From positions 33,340 to 97,339 of the IMG/VR virus record IMGVR_UViG_3300047313_000015: 64,000 bases of DNA. One strand, given 5' to 3'. This document shows positions 1 through 10,019 of the stretch, in pieces. Position 1 is the first letter of the stretch. Each line of letters begins with the position of its first letter. The stretch is from a virus (Duplodnaviria > Caudoviricetes). The notes below the pieces were generated by a model, which saw nothing but the letters and a program-made list of their open reading frames with translations, made no database searches and was not told the DNA's origin. Position numbers and translations under genes: made by a program.

Positions 1-900
1 GGTAGCAACGTGACCGATGGTGGTTACCGTACCGGCTGCGGTCGGCTGGTAAACGCCGCCCTGAGCACCGGTCTTGACGCCGTAAGCGGTAAGCGCGGTC
101 TTAAGACCCAGAAGGGCAGAAGAACCAGTACCGGTGTGAAGCTCAGCAGCGACGAATCGCCCGATGCTCTCACCGATACGCTCACGGACGAAGGTCTCCA
201 CGTCGAACGCGGTGTCGTTGATCGCTTCGATTGAAGCCAGCGCAACGTTCGAGGTGATAGTCCAGGCATTCATCATGCCCTGACCGAACACGTAGTCCTG
301 GAATCCGAGCTGAGTACCCTGTGCGCCAACGTAGTTACCCACGATAGCGGTCGGGTCAGTGGTCGGCCATGGCATCGGGTTACCGGTTGAGGTTTCCACG
401 ATCTTCGCCACGTTCAGAAGCCCGCCGAACTGCTTCAGCGCAACCTGTAGGTTGTGCCAGAACCCCTGCGGAACCAGGAAGCCAGCGTTCGATGCGCCAC
501 CCACGGTGTACAGGGCGTTCACGTCGTTCGTAACACGCTGCTCAAGACCTGTCAGTGCACGGCGGTCCTCACCGGCAAGACCGGCAATACCGTGGCGCAG
601 GTAGTTAGAGAAGGCGCGAGCGTGCGCGTCCTTGCTCTTGGCCTCGTACTCATCACGGGACTGGCCTGCGGTGTCCGCAGCGTTCTCGCGAGCGTCGTTG
701 AGCTTGTTGAAGTCAACGATTCGCTTCAGGTCTGAGTCCAGACCACGTAGTTCCTTCTCACGCCGGTCATACTCGACCGACTCCTCGGCTGACAGAGAGC
801 CCTCCTCGTTGAACTTCTCCATCAGATCGGCCATGCCACCATAGACGGTGGCGCGCTGCTCGCGAATGCCCTTCTCGCGGGCTGACATAACTCTAGCCAT
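1..900 (-). CDS. HK97-family major capsid protein (N-terminal 300 codons; runs off the window edge)
   Basis: Not in ORF track because truncated. Reverse strand from ATG at 900 (RBS GAGGAGG): MARVMSAREKGIREQRA... coiled-coil delta domain, then GGASNAGFLVPQGFWHNLQVALKQFGGL...ETSTGNPMPWP, typical of HK97 capsids; lies downstream of protease and portal. Confidence 0.9.
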   Translation of the reverse strand, partial: MARVMSAREKGIREQRATVYGGMADLMEKFNEEGSLSAEESVEYDRREKELRGLDSDLKRIVDFNKLNDARENAADTAGQSRDEYEAKSKDAHARAFSNYLRHGIAGLAGEDRRALTGLEQRVTNDVNALYTVGGASNAGFLVPQGFWHNLQVALKQFGGLLNVAKIVETSTGNPMPWPTTDPTAIVGNYVGAQGTQLGFQDYVFGQGMMNAWTITSNVALASIEAINDTAFDVETFVRERIGESIGRFVAAELHTGTGSSALLGLKTALTAYGVKTGAQGGVYQPTAAGTVTTIGHVAT

Positions 901-1014
901 AGCTAGACCCTCCTCGGGACAGTGCCTCGTTCATTTGGACTATCCCCGGAGTGCTAACGCGGCTGCCGGGTACGTAACCCTCTTGCGGGTCTCACGACTG
1001 CAAGGGCGGGCTTT

Positions 1015-1515
1015 TTACGAATTGTGAACTATATTCCAGACCGGAGCGGTAAACTCAATCAGGATTCGTTCCACTCTATCCATGTGATCTTCAGACTCAC
1101 ATCTGAAAAACTCCACATGATTAACTTGTTCTCGCTTTACCGGGTCTGACAAATGCTTTCCCAGTCGAGCGTAGATGTTGGTGCTTTTACCGATATACAA
1201 CAAGGTGTCGCCTTCCCCAACGAGGAAGTACACGTAGCACCCGTCTACATCGGGAAGCCGGGAAGATCCGGTAAAGCGTCCTGTTCGCTTACTCAGCGCG
1301 TCAACTTCGGCAGAAGTAAGTTCGAGAGTCCGGGCTAGCACACCGGTCCACTCCTGCCTCTTCTTCCCGGCGGTCTCCCGTCCACTGAGAGCGTGGCTCA
1401 CATATTTTCGGGAGTATCCGGTAGCGGTGGCGATCTGGGCGATATTGAGCCCGCTGATCTTCAGAGTCTGGATTCGTTCGGTACGCTTCTGGATCTGGTC
1501 AGCGCTGAGTGACAT
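1015..1515 (-). CDS. GIY-YIG endonuclease with N-terminal HTH
   Basis: CYVYFL...LLYIGKSTNIYARLGKH, E and N (PVWN) GIY-YIG motifs; N-terminal GLNIAQIATATGYSRKYVS HTH. Confidence 0.85.
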   Translation of the reverse strand: MSLSADQIQKRTERIQTLKISGLNIAQIATATGYSRKYVSHALSGRETAGKKRQEWTGVLARTLELTSAEVDALSKRTGRFTGSSRLPDVDGCYVYFLVGEGDTLLYIGKSTNIYARLGKHLSDPVKREQVNHVEFFRCESEDHMDRVERILIEFTAPVWNIVHNS

Positions 1516-1629
1516 TTCACGGCGTCCTTCCGGTACGTGTGGTCCTAGCTACGGTGCCCCTGTGCGGCCCTGAGCGGGTGCCTGCGGGGATAAAACTGTG
1601 GGGGTGCCCTCAGACGAGGGACTTTCGGA

Positions 1630-3090
1630 TTACAGGTTCCTGTCGATGGCCTGAAGCCGTGCCTTGGCTTCCTCGAAACGAAGCTGCATGTTCTCTGGCT
1701 TCATCCACTCCGCGTCCGGCTCATCTTCCGGATCCGGTGCTTCAGCCTCGGCGCGAGTCAGCTCAGACAGATACGGCTCGGCTCGGTTGAGGATGGTGAG
1801 AGCGGCGTCCGTAGGCGGCAGGTTGACAGCGGCCTCATAGATGGCGGTCATGTCACGCACCGCATCATCACTGGCGACGGCACCGATCTGACCGGCTGGA
1901 CCCCAGTATTCCGGTAGGAGATCTGCCAGGCCAAGATTGCCAGCCAGATCGATAGCGGCCATGCGGGTCGGCGCGTCACACGCAGCCTTGATCGCCTGTG
2001 CCAGCTTGTTAGCGTCATCAGCTCGCACGTATGCGCCTGGACCGACCCCAAAACTCACGTCGTTCAGATCTCCTTCAGAGTCCTGCCCCTCGGTCATCTC
2101 ACGGAAGTCGCAAAGAAGCTGCCAATCCTCAGTTTTCTTCTCGTCACCGATCTTGACACCGAACTGGGTCAGAGCGGCACGGATCTTGGACTTGATGCTG
2201 GCTAGCTGCTGTGCGGTGTACTCGGCGGCGTTGTCACCCTGATTGATGTAGCTCCAGGCTGCCTTTGCCCTCTTCTTGCTGTTCAGCGGGTAACGCTTCT
2301 TGCCGTCCTTCTGGTAGCCGGGGTCAGCGTACTTAACGTCACCATATGGCTTCTTGGCACCGTTACGGTTCTCGCAGACGTGCTCCTCAGACCGGTCTTC
2401 AATTTCAGAGCCGCATGAAGAGCAGTAGTTTCCAGCAGGCTGACTTGATGACATGGGCTCTCCGCAACTTGTGCAATATTCTCCGTACTGGCTGGTGGAA
2501 CCGCATTCACCACAGGTGGCCAGGTCCCCGTATGTGGCAGCGGCAGCTCGTTCGTCCTTAACGCCCCTGGCTGAGTTGACCTGGGCGCGAGCGGATACCG
2601 TGGTATCGCCGTAAGCGGGGAAGGTGCAGACCGAGATCTCATGGACCTTCATTTCAACGATCTCACGATTGGTTCCGTCCAGCGCTGTAGCTGGGTTCCC
2701 ATCGTCGTCGGTCCACTTGTCCTTGATTACCTCAAAACCGAAAGAACAACCACCGTAATTACCCGCTCTAACGTTCTTAACAACGTCTCTGGCATAAGAT
2801 GTGTCGGTAACTTTAGCATTCCAGTCACCGCCATTTGATCCATCTGTTAGCACTAGTGTACCAGCCGACATTCTTGCCAGCGGCTGATGGGTCTGGTGAT
2901 TGTCAAGAAGCACGATGTCACCATCGTTAATGCTCTTCTTCCCGGCCCCCGTCTTAATGACTTCACGGAAGCCATAAGGGCCCTTCCCGATCATCGTTGG
3001 CGACCCATACGGCCACGCGCGGCCATGAAGGGAGTTGTCGTCACCAGCTTCAGGTGCGGCCCTGCGCATGTAGCGGTATTCTACGGTCAT
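1630..3090 (-). CDS. HK97-type prohead protease fused to double zinc ribbon and a DUF6582-like domain
   Basis: LHGRAWPY, FREVIKTGA, LLDNH, GCSFGF, EISVCTFPAY protease motifs; CxxC pairs; YADPGYQKDGKKRYPL...AAWSYINQ domain. Confidence 0.9.
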   Translation of the reverse strand: MTVEYRYMRRAAPEAGDDNSLHGRAWPYGSPTMIGKGPYGFREVIKTGAGKKSINDGDIVLLDNHQTHQPLARMSAGTLVLTDGSNGGDWNAKVTDTSYARDVVKNVRAGNYGGCSFGFEVIKDKWTDDDGNPATALDGTNREIVEMKVHEISVCTFPAYGDTTVSARAQVNSARGVKDERAAAATYGDLATCGECGSTSQYGEYCTSCGEPMSSSQPAGNYCSSCGSEIEDRSEEHVCENRNGAKKPYGDVKYADPGYQKDGKKRYPLNSKKRAKAAWSYINQGDNAAEYTAQQLASIKSKIRAALTQFGVKIGDEKKTEDWQLLCDFREMTEGQDSEGDLNDVSFGVGPGAYVRADDANKLAQAIKAACDAPTRMAAIDLAGNLGLADLLPEYWGPAGQIGAVASDDAVRDMTAIYEAAVNLPPTDAALTILNRAEPYLSELTRAEAEAPDPEDEPDAEWMKPENMQLRFEEAKARLQAIDRNL

Positions 3091-4436
3091 TGCTGCTTTC
3101 CTCCGATGCCGTTTCCTCCGACGCCTGCCGGTGCTTTGGGTTGCATGGGTGATGCTGGTACTGCCTGCTTCGCGGGAAGTGCTCCTGGCTGCATATGCTC
3201 AAGATCTCCTGGTCCCATGTTCAGTGCGATGATCGGCTCATCCAGACCGTCAAGTGGCTCCATGTTTTCCTTGGTCCTTGCTTCGTTACGGGTCAGCCAC
3301 CCGGCTGAGATGCCCTGCGTGTAAGCGGCGAATCTTTCGGTCATGCTGCCCCGCAGCAGATGGTCAAGGTCGAACTCACTGTACTGCTTGCGGATGTTGA
3401 TGATCTCCCGGCTGACCCGCTGCTCAATCCTGTTCGTCCAGCCTGCTACGGTATAGCTGACGAAACCGGTGTTCTGGGTCTCGATACCAGTACCCCAGGA
3501 GGTTGACTTCTCGACATCGCCCACAAGGTGCGGTGGGATACCGAAGATACGGGCGATCTCGTTGGTCTGCCATCTACGTGACTCAAGGAACTGCATTGCG
3601 TCAGGGTCGATGGTCAGCGGCTGGAATTCAGTTGCTGCATCCAGGACGCCAACCTCAGCGGCGTTACCTACGCCGCCCATCTTCTGAAGCCACTTGGCAC
3701 GAATAGAATCGGCCTGCGTCTGGTTAGCCAGCGGGGCCTTGACCTTGATGATACCGCTCAGGATGGAACCCTTTGAGAAATACCGGGCAGCCAGCTTGTC
3801 ACCGGCCATAGCGGTACCGAATGTCCTGGCCGCCCACATGATAGGGCTAAGACCCTTCAGTCCGTCATAGCCCAGACCCGGGATGTGCATAACCTCGAAG
3901 TCAGTGAAAATAATAGGGCGCATATCCGTAGGCTGCACATCTTCCGGGAAGACCCGCTTCACCTCGAAGATCTTATTGCCTTCACGGTCACGCTTGACAT
4001 CCACGCGATCCGGGTAGATCGGCTGCAAGTCCACGATCTGGTCCGTGAGCGGGTTCCTGATCTTCCGGATGTATGCGTTGCCCCATAGGCAAAGATGGAC
4101 AACTACCAGCTCCCACAGCTCATACTGAGTGTAAGCCATCTCGTTGTTGCCACGGTCAAGCAGCGCGGGGAAAACCTCAATCTTGCCAGGGTCACGGTAG
4201 GTACGGATCGGGCAACCGGCGATAACCGTCCCCAGCAGGCCCACGCAGCGGAACACGGTCGGCAGGACCATGGAGTTCTCGGGGGTGACAGCCTCACCGG
4301 AGTCGGTGGTGGTCATGCCGCCGAAGATGTTGTCAAGACCGACAGAAGTCAGCGGGAACGCTGGATTTTCAAACGGATTGAACGTGCCACCGAATCCACT
4401 GGAACGCTGCTCGGTACGTGCGTTGAACAACGTCAT
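3087..4436 (-). CDS. Phage portal protein (HK97 family)
   Basis: VFRCV..., LWGNAY, VMHIPG..GLKGLSP, QFLESR...EIARIFGIPPHLVG, GWLTRNEAR..ENMEPL. Confidence 0.95.
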   Translation of the reverse strand: MTLFNARTEQRSSGFGGTFNPFENPAFPLTSVGLDNIFGGMTTTDSGEAVTPENSMVLPTVFRCVGLLGTVIAGCPIRTYRDPGKIEVFPALLDRGNNEMAYTQYELWELVVVHLCLWGNAYIRKIRNPLTDQIVDLQPIYPDRVDVKRDREGNKIFEVKRVFPEDVQPTDMRPIIFTDFEVMHIPGLGYDGLKGLSPIMWAARTFGTAMAGDKLAARYFSKGSILSGIIKVKAPLANQTQADSIRAKWLQKMGGVGNAAEVGVLDAATEFQPLTIDPDAMQFLESRRWQTNEIARIFGIPPHLVGDVEKSTSWGTGIETQNTGFVSYTVAGWTNRIEQRVSREIINIRKQYSEFDLDHLLRGSMTERFAAYTQGISAGWLTRNEARTKENMEPLDGLDEPIIALNMGPGDLEHMQPGALPAKQAVPASPMQPKAPAGVGGNGIGGKQQ

Positions 4437-4439
4437 GGA

Positions 4440-4709
4440 TTACTGCCTTTCTGCCACCACGATGGCTCCGATACCGCCGACGACAAGAGCAACCGGCGCC
4501 GAGAACAACAGGGCAAGCCCGACAAGAGCCATAGCCGCACCGGCTGTCTGGAGAGCGGTCATCCTGAGGCTCTTGTGGGCTACTACGAAAAGCGTGGTAT
4601 TCAGGCTGGCAATTTGCAGTCTCTTCCTGATTACTACAAATCTATCACGCCAATTGTTAGGCTCCTCAGGAGGTCCCTGGGTCAGAGCCACTGGCCGTAT
4701 ATCAGACAT
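4440..4709 (-). CDS. Small membrane protein between terminase and portal
   Basis: C-terminal hydrophobic hairpin; in operon position. Confidence 0.7.
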   Translation of the reverse strand: MSDIRPVALTQGPPEEPNNWRDRFVVIRKRLQIASLNTTLFVVAHKSLRMTALQTAGAAMALVGLALLFSAPVALVVGGIGAIVVAERQ

Positions 4710-4720
4710 GCCGCCTCAAA

Positions 4721-6304
4721 TCAGTAGACAAAGCCGATCTGACTGACCGGCTTACTGTGCTCATTGCCTTCCTCGTCCTTCCAGGTATAGACAGGCTCAT
4801 CAAAGATTTCCTGAGTAAGCCAGTACCCGGCGCGGTCTGTAGCCATGACGCCTGCGACGGCGAGGTCAATCTTCCTGGGGGACTGGCGTGCGTCCTTCAT
4901 CAGCCTGGACCCACGGGAGTCAGTCTTGAGCTGGGCGTTCTCCAGATGACGGGCCAGTCTCGGGTCACCATCATGGGAGATCTTCCTGGTAGAAACCATC
5001 TCGTAAAAACGTTGCGTGGCCGGTCCCATTCTGCCCAGCGTCTGCGGGAACACAACGACCGGCAGTCCCTCATCTTCTAGATCCTCCGCCGCGTCCAGCC
5101 ATAGGTATTCGTCCCAGGCGATCTCACGTACACGGTAGTCCCGGCAGGCCTGGCGGATAGCGTCCTTGACAACACCTCGGGGCACGCGCCAGTCCGCATC
5201 ATCGGATGGTTTCTCCCACAGGCCTATAACTTTGATTCTCGGGTCCGACTCGATGGTGACCGCGACAAGAGCAGTGCAGTCCCCGTTCTTCGAGCCGTCG
5301 AATCCGAGAACAACACCCTTACGGGGCTGTACGAAACCACGGTCGGAATCACGGCAGGCTTCCCAGCTTCCCTGCGGGAGCCATGCCTTCGCCTGGCTGA
5401 CCCACTGGTTGAGTCTCTTGGTCCTGAACTCGTTCTCATGAACCTTCCTGACAACGGAGGAGAAGTCCTCTGGATCGATAAGATCCCCGTAACCCGGATT
5501 TGCGGCTTCCCAGACGGCGGGGTCACGGTGGTCTGCGCCTTTCGGCGCCCCGTACCACACCATGAAGAACGTGGGGTCTGTCTCTTCGCCATTGGCGATC
5601 TTCTCGCCGTGCTGGAAACGGCGGTAGCAAATGGAGTCACCACCGGTCTGGTCCGTTTTTACCCCGGCGGTTGTGATGATGATCAGCAGCGGGTCCTTGC
5701 GGGCTCCGAAAGCCTGTACCATAACGTTGTACAGCTCGTCGGTGGGCGCTGCGTGAAGCTCGTCGTAGATGACTACGGAAGGGTTAAGACCTTCCTTCGT
5801 GAAAGCCTCGGAAGAAAGAACCTTATAGATGGAACCGTTCTCCGTGTACTCCAGTGCGTCCCGGTAGATCTTGATCATGCCACCCTGGGAGGCGTCCAGC
5901 TCCGGGTCCAGTTCCACCATCCTGCGGGCGACGTTAAAAACGATCCTGGCCTGGTCCTTGTCCGCAGCACAGGAATAGACCTCTGCGCCAGGGTCACTGC
6001 CAATAAGACCGTAGAGGCCATAGGAGGAACCAAGAGCGCTCTTTCCGTTCTTACGGGGAAGGCCGATCAGTGCCTCACGATGACGAAGCCTGCCATCAGG
6101 ACGCCTGGCAAAAACACGGGCGGTATCGATGGACTGCCATGGCCGCATTCGCAGCAGCGTACCGGCGGATCCTCCCCAGGACTCCTTGGTAATCCGGCAG
6201 TAGGACTCTATGAATTCCGTGACAATGGCACCTTCGCCGCGCTCGATATCAGCGTCGGGCACCGGGGTCATGATCAGAGGAACAGCAGACATTTCAGAAT
6301 TCAC
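4721..6304 (-). CDS. terL: Terminase large subunit (Terminase_1 type)
   Basis: LPRKNGKS Walker A, VIYDELH Walker B, IITTAG coupling motif, WEAANP, GFDGS nuclease Asp, KIDLAVA. Confidence 0.95.
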   Translation of the reverse strand: MNSEMSAVPLIMTPVPDADIERGEGAIVTEFIESYCRITKESWGGSAGTLLRMRPWQSIDTARVFARRPDGRLRHREALIGLPRKNGKSALGSSYGLYGLIGSDPGAEVYSCAADKDQARIVFNVARRMVELDPELDASQGGMIKIYRDALEYTENGSIYKVLSSEAFTKEGLNPSVVIYDELHAAPTDELYNVMVQAFGARKDPLLIIITTAGVKTDQTGGDSICYRRFQHGEKIANGEETDPTFFMVWYGAPKGADHRDPAVWEAANPGYGDLIDPEDFSSVVRKVHENEFRTKRLNQWVSQAKAWLPQGSWEACRDSDRGFVQPRKGVVLGFDGSKNGDCTALVAVTIESDPRIKVIGLWEKPSDDADWRVPRGVVKDAIRQACRDYRVREIAWDEYLWLDAAEDLEDEGLPVVVFPQTLGRMGPATQRFYEMVSTRKISHDGDPRLARHLENAQLKTDSRGSRLMKDARQSPRKIDLAVAGVMATDRAGYWLTQEIFDEPVYTWKDEEGNEHSKPVSQIGFVY

Positions 6305-6341
6305 CTTTTAGTATACCAGCCATGATTGTTACCGGCGTCAT

Positions 6342-6677
6342 TTATGTAACTTTTGGCATAGGCCCGGAGTCATCCCCGTTAGCCTGTGACCTCCTGCGGA
6401 GCCTGATGTTCTCTCGGTTGAGCCGGATAATCTCATCGTTCTGGTCAGTGAGCTGGCTGCCCTGACGCTGGACTTCCCGCTCTAGCTGGTCGATGGTGCC
6501 CTCATAGATGGTTTTCGCACGGCCCCATGCGTCATTGTCCACCGAACGGAAATATGACCCAGGATCCTGCTGAGTCACCTGAGTAGATACGGCACGGGTA
6601 GACGCCATCCAGATAACAACTGTGATTGCAATTCCGATGACACCGATGATAAGAGCTACGAGAGTTCCTGGGTCCAT
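6342..6677 (-). CDS. Membrane protein with coiled coil (holin-accessory-like)
   Basis: N-terminal TM helix then coiled coil LEREVQRQ...LNRENIRLRR. Confidence 0.6.
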   Translation of the reverse strand: MDPGTLVALIIGVIGIAITVVIWMASTRAVSTQVTQQDPGSYFRSVDNDAWGRAKTIYEGTIDQLEREVQRQGSQLTDQNDEIIRLNRENIRLRRRSQANGDDSGPMPKVT

Positions 6678-7082
6678 TTACCGATCCTCCACCTTAAATC
6701 TTCTCTGCTCAGGCCAGAAGGAAACGATGCCGGTCAGCATGGCGAAGCCCAGGAAAACCGTGGCGGTAATCCACCCGTAGGGGTTGGAGCCATTGAACCA
6801 GGCCACGAACATCTGCATTCCCCAGAGGAACTGAATAAGAACGGACAATGAGAAAGCCAGCCTGTCCCAGATTGCAAAAGCCTCCACCAGGCATATGACC
6901 CCCGCCATAATCCACGCAATGCCCCATGCCAGAGATGACGGGAAAAGGTGGATAACAGCGAGTGCAGGATTGGTGATCGAGATCAGTGACCACCCGTAAA
7001 CAAAATCAATCAGGGCGAGGAACAGAAGAAAGCTTCCTCTCCGCCCCACGCGGACTACCAGTCCCCTCAGCTTGTTCAGCAT
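6678..7082 (-). CDS. Four-TM membrane protein (possible holin)
   Basis: GRRG-FLLFLA start and four hydrophobic segments, a pattern common in actinophage lysis-associated membrane proteins. Confidence 0.55.
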   Translation of the reverse strand: MLNKLRGLVVRVGRRGSFLLFLALIDFVYGWSLISITNPALAVIHLFPSSLAWGIAWIMAGVICLVEAFAIWDRLAFSLSVLIQFLWGMQMFVAWFNGSNPYGWITATVFLGFAMLTGIVSFWPEQRRFKVEDR

Positions 7083-7591
7083 CAGCTTGCCTTTCCCTTG
7101 CGTTTTTCACTTATCTTTTTCTGGAGACCGGCCATCTTGGACTGACGCTCAATTTCGGCCAGGCCAAGACGTGCCCTGTCAGTGGGACTGAAGCCTATGG
7201 TTGAAAGGCATTTACGGATCACTGCTTCCGCGTCACGGATCTCACGGAGCAGCGGGTTGGCGGCCATATGACCGGCGTACCCCTTTACGATAAGGCCGGT
7301 CTTATCGATCTCCTCGCGGAATGCCGTGATGTCGTCATAGGCCCGGGAGACCATTTCCACCCAGTGGTAATCCTGGTCCGGGTGCAGCCATATTCTACCA
7401 GCGGTCCATACCTTGTGCCATTCCTCGACTCCCCTGGGGCCAAGGCCATCCGGAGGGTCTGGAGTTACCGCTACCACTTTCCCGGTGACTACCATATCGG
7501 TGCCAGGGCGGTGACCGCCCGGGAGCAGGCCGTCTCCCCGGGCTGATATCTCCCGGCGCTCTCTCGGGATTGGCGGTCGTCCTGCTGGCAT
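7082..7591 (-). CDS. terS: Terminase small subunit (P27 family)
   Basis: GRPPIP start, PPDGL...EEW, GLIVKG...ANPLL, IGFSPTDRARLG. Confidence 0.9.
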   Translation of the reverse strand: MPAGRPPIPRERREISARGDGLLPGGHRPGTDMVVTGKVVAVTPDPPDGLGPRGVEEWHKVWTAGRIWLHPDQDYHWVEMVSRAYDDITAFREEIDKTGLIVKGYAGHMAANPLLREIRDAEAVIRKCLSTIGFSPTDRARLGLAEIERQSKMAGLQKKISEKRKGKAS

Positions 7592-7932
7592 TAAACCCTC
7601 TTAATGATCTCTACCGGATTGGAAGTGTTACCGAAATCGAACCACTCCCCGTCCGGGCGGATTCGTTCACGGGAGAAATGCTTATGCAGCCAGTCCTCAT
7701 ACTGAAAGGAGTCAGGACGGTACATGATCGCCTTCACTTCCAGCCGCCACGGGCATCCCGTCTGAAGAGTAGCCAGCCGCTTTTTAAGATCCTTCGTAAC
7801 GCCGATCTTGACGATACCGTTGAAATGAGGATCCTCGAAGCCGATGATATAGAGGCAAAGGCTGGATGCCGGTTCCCTCCTAGTAGTCGTCGTCCGGCTG
7901 CTCGATCTGAATAGTATGTCTCGTAGTGCCAT
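7591..7932 (-). CDS. GIY-YIG-like T5orf172/MUG113 domain protein
   Basis: LYII...VKIGVTKDLKKRLATLQTGCP...E..LH..F...RI.GEWF. Confidence 0.85.
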   Translation of the reverse strand: MALRDILFRSSSRTTTTRREPASSLCLYIIGFEDPHFNGIVKIGVTKDLKKRLATLQTGCPWRLEVKAIMYRPDSFQYEDWLHKHFSRERIRPDGEWFDFGNTSNPVEIIKRV

Positions 7933-8230
7933 TACCGTTGCCTCCCGATATCTTATGACTAATTATAGTGGCGGAGATCACCTGGTTCCCTTCCTGGGCT
8001 TTTGTCAGCGCGCCTTCAAGAATCTTCCAGCTTGTCACAGTGTCCAGCCGAATGCGAAGAATGAACCCGAGGGCTGTAACGAACCCGGTAGCCATGCTGA
8101 TAACGGCAATAGCAAGAAGCATCAGGATAGATCCCTGGAATATCACCGCTACGATTGAGGCGACAGTGATTCCCAGAACCAGTCCTATCACGCTAGCGGT
8201 GATGGTCAGCCTGGATATTATCTTACGCAT
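7880..8230 (-). CDS. Two-TM membrane protein downstream of tra
   Basis: Two hydrophobic helices; translationally coupled to neighbours. Confidence 0.6.
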   Translation of the reverse strand: MRKIISRLTITASVIGLVLGITVASIVAVIFQGSILMLLAIAVISMATGFVTALGFILRIRLDTVTSWKILEGALTKAQEGNQVISATIISHKISGGNGNGTTRHTIQIEQPDDDY

Positions 8231-10019
8231 TCTCGTACCACCTCATGATGCCGTCCTTCGGGTAGATGTGAGGTGCCCTCGGCCCGTTCCCCCTGCGTCC
8301 CACCGACTCGGGGAACTTACCGTCCATTGCGGCTACGCTCCTGTCTCTTGCCTTCCGGATAGCAGCCAGGGTCTTTCCTGAACATAGACGCTGAGCCTCC
8401 GCCAGGGTTACTGTCTCCAGCGTTGGGACTACCTTAACGTCGTCCTTAACGATCTCCCCGGTGATCACCGGTATCGCGGGAAGTGGATCACTTACGACAG
8501 CAGGCACTGATGTCCATGTCGGGAAGGGGGTGACGGTTCCATTGCTGGCCAGCTCCCTGGCCTCCGCCCCGGTCAGGTAGGCCACCTGGCACATCTGGAT
8601 CTTTGATGTCACGACCTGAACCCGGCCAGGCTTCATTGACCTCGGTGGCATATCATGCTCGGGGACCAGCATCTTCCAGGCATTGCGGGTATAACGGCCG
8701 AGAATACGGATGCCCATATTCTCACGGGCTGCTCCTGAGCCTGCCGCGAGTGCCGTCATCATCTGCGCTACAGCGAACATGTTGATTCTCACCTGACGGC
8801 CCATGAAGAGCGCGCCCTCCAGGGCCTCGATAGCCGGTGACTTCTTCCCCTCATCCTTGGCCCGGTTGTCCGTCCAGTAGCGACGGAGCCTTGCCATTCC
8901 CTCGTTCATCTCCTCCGCGATAACCAGGATTCTCGGTCCTACGTTAGCATGGACTTCACCTTCAAGGTCCACACCTACATCGGCCACCTGGGTACGGCGG
9001 TTAATCTCATGCTCCAGCCATAGAAGTGCGTCATGAATCTCCTTGATAGAACGTGCATAGCGGACGTTCGGAAGATCTCTGGCCCAGGTATGGGAAAGTC
9101 GCTTGATGTCGAGGATCATGACGATACCGCCATTGTGGAGGATCTGTGCTGCGGCAAGACGGGCCAGTTGTGACTTGCCTCCGCCTGCTGCGATGGATAG
9201 GCCGAAGTGGGGCGAATCCGCCGCGATGCTTACCCTTACCACTTCGTTACCACGGCCAAGTCCAAGCACCACACTGTCCTGGGTGCTGGCCTCGATAGCC
9301 GGAACGATGTCGGCCAGGGAGACCTTCTCCGGTGGTGGCTCCTGGGACTTCACTTCCACCCAGGATGAGTTGTCTTTCAGGTTCCAGACTACGGCGGAGT
9401 CATCAGCCATTCCCACCGTTTCCCTGATTATGTTCGTGATCTTGGTTCGGTCACCGTCACCAGGATGGAAGTTCTTGGGCAGGAGGGCGCGAACGGTGTT
9501 GCGGTCAGAGGAAACATTGATCCACTGCCTCGGCTTGGCATTCAATGGGACACCCACTACCGGGGCCAGTGTCTTGTGGAGAGGCTTGGCCACAGTCTTA
9601 TCGTTCTTGAACCGGACCCGGATCTTCGTCACTCTCCAGACGAACTCGCCAACGATCATAAAGACACAAGCCACAAGAAACAAATCCCATCGAAAAGCAA
9701 AGGTGGACCCGGGAAGGTACACGTTAGCTAGCCAGGTGAAGAGGGCGACTGGCGGGCCAAGGGTCCATCCTGTACGCTGGAGCGCTTTGTGCACACGGAT
9801 CTTAGCCTCGTAGCCCCCCTGGTTAGGATCATAGACCGCCTTATAGCGGTGTTTGTTATCCTTGCTGATACCGTGGTGCTGCCGCCCGGAGAACCAGCGG
9901 TAGAGAACAGGCAGAAGCCCATGACGGCGCACATGCGCCCGGAAGGACTGGTACAGTCCAGCGATAACGATCATGATCACGCCTAGCAAGATCAACGCCG
10001 CAAGGATCATGAGACACAC
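8223..10019 (-). CDS. traB: FtsK/SpoIIIE-family conjugative DNA translocase, pIJ101 Tra (TraB)-like
   Basis: N-terminal TM helices; SPHFGLSIAAGGGKS Walker A, ILVIAEE Walker B, GRQVRINMFAVAQ, GAAREN; C-terminal VTLAEA...FPESVGRRG...W wHTH-type domain as in Streptomyces plasmid Tra. Confidence 0.8.
   Translation of the reverse strand: MCLMILAALILLGVIMIVIAGLYQSFRAHVRRHGLLPVLYRWFSGRQHHGISKDNKHRYKAVYDPNQGGYEAKIRVHKALQRTGWTLGPPVALFTWLANVYLPGSTFAFRWDLFLVACVFMIVGEFVWRVTKIRVRFKNDKTVAKPLHKTLAPVVGVPLNAKPRQWINVSSDRNTVRALLPKNFHPGDGDRTKITNIIRETVGMADDSAVVWNLKDNSSWVEVKSQEPPPEKVSLADIVPAIEASTQDSVVLGLGRGNEVVRVSIAADSPHFGLSIAAGGGKSQLARLAAAQILHNGGIVMILDIKRLSHTWARDLPNVRYARSIKEIHDALLWLEHEINRRTQVADVGVDLEGEVHANVGPRILVIAEEMNEGMARLRRYWTDNRAKDEGKKSPAIEALEGALFMGRQVRINMFAVAQMMTALAAGSGAARENMGIRILGRYTRNAWKMLVPEHDMPPRSMKPGRVQVVTSKIQMCQVAYLTGAEARELASNGTVTPFPTWTSVPAVVSDPLPAIPVITGEIVKDDVKVVPTLETVTLAEAQRLCSGKTLAAIRKARDRSVAAMDGKFPESVGRRGNGPRAPHIYPKDGIMRWYENA

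Noticed and set aside
940-966. CIRCE half-site GAGTGCTAA in the capsid leader
   Set aside because: Only one half-site; better explained by the leader hairpin CCCGG...CCGGG
10-9986. Plus-strand ORFs opposite the head and packaging genes
   Set aside because: Antisense shadows of high-GC coding sequence
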